Shown: positions 8,891 to 22,700 of the stretch, in pieces
Position numbering within the stretch: the first letter of the stretch is position 1
How the letters are laid out: each line of letters opens with the position of its first letter
Assembly: GCA_044892525.1 (NCBI GenBank)
Contig: CM097886.1
Span: 82,584,001-82,648,000 of the forward strand
Source: Schmidtea polychroa
Taxonomy: Eukaryota
Direction: 5' to 3'
DNA length: 64,000 bases
Position numbers and translations under genes: made by a program
The notes under the pieces: generated by a model
Seen by the model: the letters and a program-made list of their open reading frames with translations, nothing else
What the model was told of the DNA's origin: nothing
Database searches by the model: none

Positions 8891-10399
8891 TAATTTTAAG
8901 ATACTGGTTGTAATAAGATTGCAGTTTATTCATGAAAATATTAAGAATTTACACTTTAGGGTCTTTAATTTTTTGATATTCCCAATTGGTAAGTAAGTTC
9001 CAGCGATACGTATGTCGAATTATGTTATCACATTACTAAATCAAAAATGTTCTTTGGGTTACTTAATTATGAGAAAGGTTATTCATGAAGCTAACTTCGA
9101 CAGCCGTATCGGTAGAATTCACTTCTATGAAACTTAACCGTCTAAATTGAGTGTAGCTTGTAAAATTGTGGTTATATTAGGTCTGAGATTTACTTCGATT
9201 ATTGTCCTAATGTAATGTATTATAGTGATTTTTAATGTCGATTTTGATTGTGTTATTGCATTGAAAGTCGGGAAGAGTGCTTGCTTACGCGGCCCCACTG
9301 TACCCACTACGACAAGCCTTACTGTTGTGTTAAGTCAACATTTTTACTGCTGACCTGTAATAGATAGGTAGAGTCAGACGGAGGCGTCTTATCGACTCAA
9401 CTCCATGGCAAAACCATGAAGTGGTGCGACCTCCGAATGACCTGAACAAAAAAAATTTTATAATAGGGATAATGCGTGTCTACATGTAAAACAACTAAAT
9501 TTGATTTTAGATAAGGTTGAATGCATGACTGAACAGAGAGGCAGATAAATCAATGTGTCTCTGAACACTCTTACATTCACCGAAAAAATAAAAAAAAATA
9601 TAAAAAAGACATAAATGTTGGTATAAAATATAATGCAATGTTATACATACAACCATAAGCTTACTGTTAAAATTCGGATTTTCTTCAAAAAGACAAAACA
9701 AATTTGGGATAAAGAGTGTTTTGTGATTGAAATGCGTTGGTAAATATACCTATTTTTGTGTGCAATTACACGTGTATGTATTGATCCATTAAAACAAACT
9801 CGAATTCTTTTTATTCTAGAATTTTCTATTTTTGATGATTTTAATGGAAATTTTAGTGCCATTATTTTTATTTTTAAATTTTTATTCTTTAATTATTTTT
9901 TGTTAAATTCACCTCCATGATGGATTTGGCGCAATTCCAGAACATTCCATATTAAATTAAAGTTAACTTTTATTTTAATAATGATTTTCCTAATTTCTTT
10001 TTTTATTAATATTATTACTACTACTATTACATGGGAAAATGAGTACTCCATTAGGAACCAAAATGTTATTTTTCATTATTAATCGATATCCCTGTAATTA
10101 CCCTCAATAAAAATATCATCACTATTAGTGTTAATGGCATCAGCATTATTATTCCAACCCTGATCGGTAGTATTACAATCCTTATTATCATTAATATTAA
10201 AATTACCATTGGCATTATGAAAATCATTATGATTCTTAGCAGTAAGGATTATTATTATTTACGACGTCATTATTGTTATTATGTGGGATTAGCTTTAGAG
10301 CGGAATTCGGATTTTCTTTATTTCTATCAATAAAATTAGGTTCACTGTCAATGTAAGGGCAGATACACTTAATACATTAGGATTACCTCTACTACTATC

Positions 10400-11770
10400 A
10401 GACTTATTATTGAGAATTAATATAATGACGAATAAGTTTTTATGGAGTCCTCTATGATCATCACCGGGTCGGATCAATCAGTCGTTCATGCCTACTAACC
10501 CAGACTCTCTCAAGCTGGGAATTCGAATTCTCTCATTTTCTACTTTTTTGTCTTTGAATGCGTTTTGGGTCATCTCATTACTTGGTATATGTATATTTCT
10601 TATAGAATATGACTACCCAATCAACTCCAACAATTCCCCTTTGTCCTTGCTTCTCGTGTTTGAATAAGAATGCCATCATCCGAACACATCAGAAGGAAAT
10701 TAGGCAGCTGAGGAAAAAGATTGATCATCTTAATAAGACCTGGTTCACACCGTCCAGATGAAGGAAGCCACCAAGAAGCATCTGAGGCTAGAGCACTGTA
10801 GGAAAAACCTACTTGAGGAAAGCCATGCTAATCGGACCCTGGTTAGTGAGCAGGCCCAACCACTCTACCAGCTATATACAGAGCGCGAACTCATAAACCA
10901 TATTTCAAGGACTCGCGTTAGACGAAAAATGAATTTTGTTTCCGCCAATCATCTGGCGGAGAGCCTTGCTATTTCTTCCAGCTCAGCCTGTGCATGGCAC
11001 TAGAATCACCCCGATCCCAATTCAGCCACTGATGGAGTGACCTATTGCGCAGTTGGTCCATGTTAAGCCAAAAAGACGACAACTCTCACAGGCTGAGAGG
11101 ATGAAGCGAAGAAAGATCCGAAGAAAGATACCTTAGATGGGACAATCGGAAGCCGGATTGGTCCCACCCCAAACCAATCTACCTTGGAGCACCAAGGAGA
11201 TTGCCCAGTTCAATCTCGATGAATTGCTGGAAGAAGCCAAGGCAGCCAGTTTTTGTAGACAACCCCTTGCGTGATTAGTGACCATAACTACATTTTTAGT
11301 TGATTTGTTTTGATCGCAATAAAATACTCATTCGTGTACTCAGTGTAATTGTTTGCCTGAAATTCCTTAGCTAAGTTAATTCAAATTTTCTTGGATAGTG
11401 TATAAGAAACCTTATTACTTCCTCTTCATCTTTGATAGAAACTAGGCTTGGACAAAGCAATGAACCCCTTATAGGAAAGAGATTGCTAGAACGTAAGACC
11501 TTCCAACGGCTGTCAAGAACCCGTATAGAAAGGCTACAGAAGAGTAGTCCTAACACAGGGGCTCACCTGCTCTGTAGGTTTCGCCGACTTTGCACATTAC
11601 CAACATGATGCCTATCATGGGTGCTCAGTCGAATGAAATAGTTGTGTGGCGGTTTTCGCTAAAATTCGGTCATCTTTGATTCCATGAGTAATAATAGTTC
11701 CATCTTATAACCTTTTCAGAAAGTAATACTCGTCCAACCTTGATGACTGTCACCTTAATTTTTTCCGACT
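10400..11770 (+). pseudogene. Possible decayed non-LTR retrotransposon fragments
   Basis: GC-richer, coding-like stretch broken by stops. Only weak cues (GFADF resembling the RT FADD motif near 11580). No intact domain. Confidence 0.3.
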
Positions 11771-12052
11771 TGGGAAACGCCAACAAAATTATTATTTACG
11801 TCCTATCGAAGAATTATTTATATTATATTTATTTATATATAAAAATCTAATTTTTTTGCGTTATAATATAAATAGTTATAATAATATTTAGTAATTCATT
11901 AGTAATTTTAATGATAATACGTTATAAATAATAATATTTTGAAATATACATTTTGTAATGCTAAAAATCCTTTCTAGTTTTCCAAGAATAATTCCCCTGG
12001 CGGTATTTCATTTAATCTTTATTGTTTAAAGACAAAACAGCGAAGATAAAAT

Positions 12053-12940
12053 TGTTGGGGTTTTATGATATCAAAATCAACCGTTGGTTCTCTGACTCCC
12101 CATGTTCTAAAATCAATAAACACAAACTCCCAACGTATATTTGTTTTATAAAAAATCACAACTCTCAACAATTAATTACACTGTTGGTGAGTCACAATTC
12201 TCACACAATTTCAGATCGGACTCCGCCCTGGATAGTCTCAACCTTGTACGACTAAAAATTTAAGTTTCACCTTTTGATTTAGTTCCTCTCTCTGATCCAG
12301 ACTCTTTTGACACTCCTTGTCTAACTCTTCGATTTTTCCTATAATTCTTTTTCTTCTTTTATTCTATTTCTTTAACTCCTAGTGTCGTTTTCTTCTTCCC
12401 TACCTAAGCCTATCGCCCATTATGTGAATTTGGAGTTTCCTAATCGTTATAATTGCCCTATTTTTAACCTAATTAGCTATTTCTGTTGACCATCTTCCTG
12501 ATTCCACTTCTTTTGTTTATCCTCGTTTATCCGGCAGTTTGGATAATTGCTCTCTGACTTCCCCATTTGTTTATCCTCCCAAATTGCCGCGCTCGGGTTT
12601 TTCATTAGCCAATTAATTAATTAATTAATATTTTGTGGTTTTTATTTGCCTGTTTTACGACCCTTTCTAAACATTTTCTAACAACTTCTTGCTCACTGTC
12701 TTCTTCACCATCCCCTAATATACCTAATCTACCTCCAGCTTCAATTTCGATAACTTTCACTTTATTCCACTTCCTCAGGTTTGTGCATTTTTTCATTTCA
12801 TGTCTGATAGTACCCTTTTATAGTTCTGTTTTTATCATATCTTTCTTTGCCATTGCTTCTCTGCTTGACCGCCATTCAATTTCGGTTTTCCTTTTAATCT
12901 GAACTATATAATTTAATAATTTACTTTTTAAACCTCAACA
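12053..12940 (-). mobile_element. Solo-LTR-like element
   Basis: TGTTG...CAACA ends; 4-bp TSD AAAT (12049-12052, 12941-12944); CTCTGACTCC motif near 12090. Confidence 0.85.
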
Positions 12941-13757
12941 AAATATATTAACATTATTCAAATAAAATATTATACTAAAAAAATGCATATTCCTGATTAT
13001 CACTACAACATGGAATATAAAAATATAATAATTAAAATGTAAAAATATAATGTAAGTAAATAGAATATACATTGATAAAGAGGAAATTCAATAAATAATT
13101 AGAATATTATCCGATTACATATGAAATACATTATACATCAATAGAACATTGCCAGAAATATACACAATTGCTATCGCATATTGATTTGGTACCTGAGATC
13201 TGGATCTTACTTCATCTTTTTTTCTGCATAGATTCTCATCCGGTATTTATTCGGGCTTGTTTAATAATATTTAATCAACACAAAGTAAGTCAACATCTGT
13301 AATCCAATAATATCAAAAATTCAGTTTTTGCCCAATAGTACAGATAACTGGTCAAGTTAAGTATTCATTGTAAACCTATTACATTTTATTAATAAAAATA
13401 GCTTATAAAATGATTAATTTATTGTTAACATACGAATTATAATCAATTGAACGAATAAGTCAACTACTAACACTTCAGTTTCTTTTTAAAAAAGTAATAA
13501 TTTACGTCATATATATAGCAATGTAGTTGAAAAATTAAAATAAAGTAATCTTATATTTTATTTAATAACAAATAATAATTTAGTGTCATAATGTAATTTA
13601 TAGATTTGTTTTATTTTAATTGAAACTAATTCTCTGATTTATAAATTTGAAATTTCAGATTGTGCTGATACAAGGTTTGTTTAAATTGTGTAACCTTTTA
13701 ACTTAAACTTACTTTCACTTTGAACTAATGATATTTACATTGATCCTATTCTCTTAG

Positions 13758-16700
13758 ATGCCTAACTCACCACCAGCTAAAAAGCAAAGATTAGAAACCT
13801 ACGAAACTAAGAAAATGAACAAAGATTTTGGTATCACTAATACTGCTAATAATTCAAATGTAATTTTCAAATGTAATTAATTTATGAATTAATTTTAAAT
13901 TTAGGGAACTATTATAAATGGAATAGAAATTGATGAAAATTTATATAGTAGACAACTATATGTAATGGGAAAAGAAGCCATGAAGAATATGACCAAATCA
14001 AATATTTTAATTTCTGGAATGGGTGGTCTTGGAGTAGAAATTGCGAAAAATGTGATTCTTGCTGGAGTGAAATCAGTGACTGTACATGATGAATTAAATG
14101 CAACCGAAGGCTCTCTATCATCACAATATTACTTAAATGAAAACAACATTGGACAAAACAGAGCAACAGCTTGTTTCAAGCAATTAGCAGAATTAAACAA
14201 TTATGTTAACGTCAACGTTAATACAAATCCATTGACAAAAGAAATGTTATTAAATTTTAATATTGTAGTTCTTACAAATATTAAGCAAGATGAAATTAAT
14301 AATATTTCTGGCTTTTGTCATTCGAATAATATAAAGTTAATTATAGCTCGAACATTTGGACTTTTTGGCCAAATTTTCTGTGATTTTGGACCAAATCATT
14401 TAGTGACAGATTCCACTGGAGAAGAACCTTTAACAGTCATGGTTCAAAATATTCAAAATGACGAAGAAGGTTTAGTTGTCTGTTTAGAAGAAACTAGACA
14501 TGGATTTGAAACAGGGGATTACGTAACTTTTTCGGAAGTGAGAGGGATGACAGAATTAAATCAATGCTCACCAAGGAAAATTAAAGTTGAAGGTCCAAAT
14601 TCATTTAAAATTGGCGATACATCAAAATTGTCTCCATATATTGCCGGTGGAATTTGTTCTCAAGTAAAAGTCCCTGAGTATATAAAATTCAAATCGTACG
14701 AAGAAGCATATAAAAATCCAGAATTCGTTTTGAGTGACTTTGCTAAAGTTGATCGATGTAAACAATTGCACATATTTTTTTATGCTATTGAAGAATATCA
14801 AAAATTTCTACAAAATTCCGATGAAAGTTCTAGAAAATTCGATGACTTTATTCAAATTGTGAAATTAGCTTGTGAATTAATCGATTCAAGTATAGAATTA
14901 GATGAGAAATTAGCTCTAAAATTTTACAGCATTTATAACGGAAATGTTATTCCCATGCAGGCTGTTATTGGAGGAATTGCCGCACAAGAAGTTTTGAAAG
15001 CATGTTCATCTAAATTTTTCCCAATTAAGCAATTTTTCTATTTTGATGCTCTTGAATGTTTACCAGATGAACTAATCGATCAGGGTAATGTAATAAATGG
15101 TAATACAGATGCAATTTTAAAAAATGGCAATGCACCACATTTGAATTATAAACTGAATCGTTATAAGAGCCAAATCGAAGTGTTTGGTGTAAAATTCCAG
15201 GAGAAATTATCCAGAATGAAAATTTTTCTTGTTGGAGCTGGAGCTATTGGTTGTGAATTATTAAAAAATTTTGTTATGATGGGCGTTGGAGCATCTATTA
15301 ACGATTCTGATGATGATTCCGGTAAAATTGTTGTCACAGACATGGATTCAATAGAAAAGTCAAATTTAAATCGTCAGTTTTTGTTTCGATCGAAAGATAT
15401 AGGAAAGATGAAATCTCTCACTGCCGCAGAGGCCGCTAAATGTATGAATCCGTATGTTAGAATTGAAGCTTTGGAACTCAAAGTTGGAAAAGAAACCGAA
15501 TCATATTTTAACGACGCGTTTTTTAACGATATTAGTGTAGTAGCAAATGCCTTGGATAATGTCGAGGCTCGCCAATACATGGATAGACGATGCGTTTTCT
15601 ATCTGAAGCCTTTACTCGAATCTGGCACACTTGGAACTAAATGTAATGTACAAGTCGTTCTTCCACATCTCACAGAATCATACAGTTCATCCCAAGATCC
15701 ACCAGAGAAATCCATACCAGTTTGTACAATTAAAAACTTCCCCTATTTAATTGAACATACAATTCAATGGGCCAGAGATTTATTTGAAGGACTTTTCTCT
15801 CAACCAGCTGCTGCTGCAAATCAATTTCTTACAGTAATTATATTTGAGTTTTTATTTATTGCTATATTATTAAAGACCGACCTAGGAATTCTTTTGAACT
15901 AGTTAATAAGTGGTTTTCGTTAAAACTTTGTATAATGTTAATTTACAATTATTTTTTGTAAATAATTTTCTTCTATTATTTGTGTTCAGAAATTGTCTTA
16001 ATGATAATTCTGACGGTAATTTGTTACAGTGCACTATATGTTTTAAAAATGAAATAAAATTTGAGCTATAGATTAAACATGTCAATTTATAAGAACAATA
16101 TTGATTATTCTAATAAGAATAATAAAAATTCGAATTAATCCCCCCCTCGAAATAATTCTCCAACAGCAATTATCATTATTTGAATAAATATATAGTAATC
16201 GCGACAATTGTAGTATTTTGACAGCGGCTTCCTAATCGGTATAGATTATGTAATTTAAATATTAAACTATTATTATTAATTACCTGTAGTAACATGTTGA
16301 GTGTGAACAATACCCTTGTGACCATTTCCGATAAGGGGACAAAATATCTTGTCGGATAAACTTGGACTATATTCGCGCGTAAATACTCACATTTGATATA
16401 TAGTTTTTAAAAGTTGAAGGTTGAAGACACACCATACACCTTCGAGAGTATGACCATTGGATAGAGCTCTTCAGGACCTTTCGAATGATACCCATGACAT
16501 CATTTGACTGTTTATAATTTGAATTGTTTTGATTTTTTTTAATATTTCCTAATTTGGCACTGTCAAGATTCTACAATTGATCCTAATATTGTTTTTATCT
16601 CTCGAATTCGACTTTATATAAATTACTTATTACTTCGAATATAAGCCGCACCCTAATTTTGCACATTAAAAATGTAAGTAAAAAATGTGGCTTATATTCG

Positions 16701-19700
16701 AAGTAATACGGTATTTTTTAAATTACAAAACTATACCATTTTTTTGCTTTTGACCAACGGGATGGAACAGGATAGGAACTTTTCTTGAAAAATGAAAACC
16801 CAGCTTTCTATAAAAATGTCTTTTTGGAACTTGTGCAGTGCTTGGAACTTGTGCAGGAAGTATGTGGATCACAATGAGTCTTATATTGAAAAATAAACCC
16901 TTATATTAAAATATACCGTTCCTGCTGGTTTCGTTTAACCCTTAGTCCGGGTAGAATAAATTTACTCTCGTTTCCGGCAATTCACATAGTTCAATTTCAT
17001 ATTTAATATCGGTTTCTTCAACGTCGACAGTGAACGGATATAATTTTAAATCGGGTTTAATTACGTCAAAATCAGAAAATCGGACATTAAAATCATTATT
17101 CAATTTGTCCAACATCGGTACACAATTTTTGACGTTTAATTGATGACCGATTTCTTGTGTTTCGTGATCAAGTTTTTGTTCAACATATTCAAATATTCAG
17201 TAATGTCTACTAAAAATGCTAATTAAATTAAAAATGTATTTTCATTAAAACTGGCAATAAATGACGAATCCAATTCCGTTTCCATAAGGAAAGTTGAAAA
17301 AAGCTTTTAAGGCATTTCCCTGGGCTTAACCAGCAAACTTGACTATGCAAGTAAATCGCCATATTCGGTATCAACTTATAGAAATTCTTTATATTAACGA
17401 TGGCTTAGTGAATGGTTTCTGCCTCATTTTGTATTTGTTATTTTCATAATAGTACTCATCGTGCAACTTAATCTCCTAATGTTTTCACATAAAGCTTGCT
17501 GATAAATAATGCAGTGCAACATTCTTTTCGTTTAAAGAACATAATCAATTTCTCATCATTCTTTAAATTCCCGATTTTCATTCGTATTTTTTTGCATTCA
17601 TTTTATGACGGTAACTTTTGGTAATATCTATAAATTTTAAATAATGATGCAATTATAATAAATGTTTTTTCCAAAATAGTTGAATAATAAGTACACTAGA
17701 AATAATTAAAGTCGAAAACATCAAAAATTAAAATTTATATACATAATTTTCTATATGCACTTACCTGACTTGACGTGTACGCTAAGCATAAATAACTACA
17801 CAAATAAAAATTAAAAAGCAAAACGCGTTTAGAAATTCTAAATGTGATAAAAGATAAACTATAACATTTATGTGTAAAGTTTCACGGCATACTAGACTTG
17901 AAAAAATACTACAAAACAGTTTTGATATTAATTTCCTTTGTGTATGTATCAATTAAACGTCAAAAATTGTGTACCGATGTTGGACAAATTGAATAAAGAT
18001 TTTAATGTCCGATTTTCTGATTTTGACGTAATTAAACCCGATCTAAACTTATATCCGTTCACTGTCGACGTTGAAGAAACCGATATAAAATATGAAATTG
18101 AACTATGTGAATTGCCGGAAACCAGCGTAAATTTATTCTACCCGGACTAAGGGTTAAACGAAACCAGCAGGAACGGTATATTTTAATATAAGGCTTTATT
18201 TTTCAATATAAGACTCATTGTGATCCACATGCTTCCTGCACAAGTTCCAAAAAGACATTTTTGAAGAAAACTGGGCTATAACTGCTATAACTGCGGAATA
18301 AAATATCGGACAGTCAAGTTTCATGGCAAACTAGATTAGAAAATAAATAAACATTGATATTTGCCGATCATATTTTAAAGGTTTAAAGGCAAACAAAGAA
18401 GGTTTTTGTAATTTTCCAGCATAGAAATTTTTGAATTGTTAATGGGTCACAGAGTATGATTTGATGGGCCGCATGTGGTCCGCGGAACACTAGTTGGACA
18501 GGACTCCTCTAAATGAAATATTTTTTTACATGTTTATGGATTTTTTTACTCATTATATTTATTATTTAATATTTAAGAAATTTTCACTTGATTTTGATTG
18601 AAGAAAATAATTTAAAATTTAAACTGAGATAATTGCAGGATGTGTCATTTGATACAAACTATATAAAACCGTTTATAGCATCATTATAAGAATACATTTT
18701 TTAGCAGAATATATAATGAGAAGAATGTATTTATTAAAAATCATAAACTAGGTTACATTAAATTTAGAGAATTTATGAGAGAATCTATTGATGGTTCAAT
18801 TTTACCAACTGTGTTAATTAAATTCAGTATTTATAGGAATAGTATGGGGATATTTATCTCAAAGCTAAGTTCTCATTTGGCTTTTTCGTCTTATAAAAAT
18901 TGATATTTAAGGTTTTTCAACACAATCCTTTACCGATTCAAGATAATGATTTTTACCTACAGAACAATTTTCTTTTCCCTTATGCTGAAAATTAGTAGTA
19001 AAATAACGTAAACATTAGCGTTAGTTTAAATTAAGTGACACTAATAATTAGTAAAAAAATTATTTACGGTGAAATTTATTTTTAGTTATTTTTGAAACAT
19101 TCTATACACATCCCAGGATCATTTATACAAGGAAGATAACAGTAATTAATCACCTTTCCTACATTATTACTGTAGGATTGTTTGTAATTCTTTCTCTGAA
19201 TTATACTATTTCTATCTTTAGGCAACATTTGAGGTAAATGTTCTAATATTTTTGAGAATTTTCAAATGTCTATAATATTCAGGTGATATTTATAAAAATT
19301 GAATTTAGTTATTCAAAGTAAATATATTGTATCTAGGTAGAATAAATTTAATAGCAATGTTTCAACTAAACGAATTCATAGTTTGGCGTATCACTTGAAT
19401 ATTATTCTAGAGCTTTTTCTCAAACTTTCGAAATCTGTGTACTTTAACTTTTAATCCTTAAATCCTCAAAATAATCAATTGGTTTTTCTTTGTACTAATT
19501 TAGCTTGTCTCAAAATAGCGCTTTATGTTTGATGATTTCATGCTTTCATTTGTTAGATTTTCAGAACAAATGAAGCAAAGTGGAATAAGCTCTTTTTCAT
19601 CTCAAGTTCACGATAATCCAAATTTAAGATATTCTTTGTCGTACTTGTGAGTTTTCCTTGCTTTTTTCTTAACAAGGTCTTCCAGAACTGAAAGTGGTTT

Positions 19701-22700
19701 AGCCTTGTTGATTTCATTATTTTCTGTTTATTGATTGCCATTGTTTTTTTAGTTTAAAAGTATCCATAATCTTGAATGTTAGGGATAGAAATTATATTTA
19801 GTATGCATTATCTATTATTATCAAAATCAATAGGACGTACTAATAAAGTAATAACATTGTCGTGACGCTCATCATTGAAAAATGACTTCATCAAAGGAGT
19901 GTTCAACTAAATAATATACAAATCGTCTGTTTTGTGTGACATTAAATCAAAAAATATCATGAACAAGAATAAGTCAACTTTTGTTCTACTCCCAATGTGA
20001 CATAATTTTAAATCAGATACTGTATTTATTTCTGTTCTTTTGAGGGTATTAATACTTTCATCATTAATAGAATCTAAATTTGGCGTCAACGAATGACATA
20101 TTGACCTGATTAGCGTAGATATAAGTAAATTAACATTCTCTTTTATTCTTGGAACGATCCACACTAAATACGAGCCAGGAAATCGGTCTATTGCTTCATC
20201 AATGCTGGAAAATATATTTTTGCATCTGCAATTCATTATTATTTTCTTTTCTAAGTGGCCATTTACCCATTGACCGCCTTAACACTCCAAATGAACTCTT
20301 AACATGTTAATACTCATAGAAATCTTCAGCTCTATCTAGAGCAGTGTTTCTCAACCCAAAATATTTACTTTTTTACGCAGACTGGTAATAATGTTATCTT
20401 TTTAAAAAAATTCCTTGTTGTATAAAAACTGCAAACTGGATTTATTTATTTATTCTCTGCCAATCTCATGCGCATATACAGTTTCTCTTTCTCCCGATTT
20501 ATATTTTCGCAAAATACTAATCTAGAAGATGAATAACGTTTTAACGTTAGTTGTAAACTATCACAAAACACAACTTGAAGACAACATAAACGCAATTGTA
20601 AACAGTTTTTTTTGTCATGTTTGTTTTCTAAAACAAATAAATTATATTGTCTTTTATTCTCTACCGAAAAGAAACTGTTGGAGAAATGGACGTTGTTCGC
20701 ATTTAGCTAAAAATGATTTCAGTTAAAATATTTGGTTAAATTCTCATGGACATGGAATTGATTTTAGTTCCTTATCATTACAAATATTCAAAAATCGAGA
20801 TAATTAAATGTCTTATTGATAGACATCTTAGTCAAGAATTACATTACATAAGTGAAATAAATCCAAAATTTCCTATATAGAAAATATTATTTAGAAACAA
20901 TTATATTGATTAAAAATAAATCAGTGGTGAAATTTGAAAAAGGTTCTTATAATATAGAAACAATTAATTTATTTTAAGAAATTACTTATATAATTCATTC
21001 CTATAGTATTGATTTATATATTTTATGTATTTATATTTTATCGGTTCATAGTAGGTGAAATGGTAGAGCATGGAGTATAAATTTATATTAAGTATTCTGA
21101 ATAAATTACATATTTATCGTATTAATTAGAATTTCATAATTTAATCGTCTTATAAAAACTTCATTGATTGGTCGCAATTTTAGGATAAACAACACTTTCT
21201 TGATTCTGTGGCAAAAATGTGTCAATCGTTTGATACAACTGAACAAGTATCGAGCATTGTTCACAACATGCCAACGTCTTTCAATGACTGTATAGTTTGG
21301 GCAAGGAAATTATGGCAAGAGCATTTCCATAACAATATCAAACAGCTTTTACATAATTTTCCTGCCGATGCGGTAACTTCTCGTGAATTACCATTCTGGT
21401 CAGGAACAAAACGCTGCCCTAAACCTCTTATATTCGATATTGAAAATGTAAGTTTAAATATGTTATTTAAGAGACAGTAGTTTAGAAAACTTTTATTAAA
21501 TATAGTCTACACACTACAACTTTGTTGTTACTGCTGCTACAATACGAGCATTTATTTATAATATTGATTTGACTACTGATCATCAGTTGATTAAACAAAT
21601 TATTAATTCTTGCGTTATTCCCGAGTTCTTACCGAGATCTGATGTAAGGATTGCTACAACTGAAAATGAAGCCACTAAGTTAATAGAATCTTCTAATGAT
21701 TCAAGAAAAGTAGAATCATTGATTAAAAAACTAGAAATTTTTGGTAATAAATAATTCAACAAAATGATTTTTAATTTTCCTTGAACAATCTTTTTCAGAT
21801 ACAAATAATGTGTCTGTAAACGTTGTCGAATTCGAGAAAGATGATGATAGAAATCGCCATATTGATTTTATTACTGCTGCTAGTAATTTGAGAGCAGAGA
21901 ATTATTCCATTGAACCCACGGATAGACTAAAAACTAAATTAATAGCCGGAAAAATTATACCCGCAATCGCTACTACAACTGGACTTGTAGCAGGTCTCGT
22001 TTCTTTGGAATTATACAAAGTAATCTAGTGTTACTAAACACTCCAAATTTACATCTGGTTATTATTCAGATAGCACAAAATCAAAAAAATTTGGAAAAGT
22101 ATAAAAATGGATTTGTTAATTTAGCTTTACCATTTTTCGGATTTTCTGAACCTATTCCACCACAAATTAAAAAGTATGATGACAATCCTTGGTCTCTTTG
22201 GGACAGATTTGAGCTCAATCATCCTATGACACTTCAAGAATTCATAAATTACTTTAAGGTTGGGTTTTAGTTTCATTTCCATAAAATATATTAAAATATT
22301 ATTAATTATTATTATAATATATTAATTTTGATATTTTCTCTGAAAATGTCCCATGTTCCCTTCTGAGAACTGTTTTGATTTTCCCCCGCAAACAAAAGGG
22401 TCCAATTAAATTAAATCTCTAATTAAGATTGAACGAATGAATGAATAATTAATGATGAAATTATCCGATCATGTGATGAATTTAAAAAGAAGACAGTTTG
22501 AAATTGTATTTCGTAAATATTTCTATTTTATTTTGTCTATTTCAAAGTGTTTTTTATGTAATAATAGCCAAGCGGAACTGAGTGATTATAATGACTCCAG
22601 AAATAAGTAATATCGTAAGTAATACCAGAATTGGAAATATTAAGATTTTATAAAAAGTTCTATTATAATATTTCTACGACAGAAAATTTAATTTCTATAA

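Noticed and set aside
9500-10300. Asn-rich coding-like sequence on the minus strand
   Set aside because: Frames are broken by several stops and no domain was recognised. Probably decayed repeat; not supportable as a gene.
4032-13758. Functional link between the Ubl-bearing retrotransposon and the neighbouring UBA1 gene
   Set aside because: The element is a recent nested insertion ~7 kb upstream. Its Ubl is too divergent to be a local capture and lacks the R72 that UBA1 recognises. One insertion cannot show targeting, so proximity is most simply coincidence.
13965-15902. 645-aa ORF as a stand-alone truncated E1
   Set aside because: It is UBA1 exon 2 read into the intron. The donor at 15834 and six downstream exons complete the protein.
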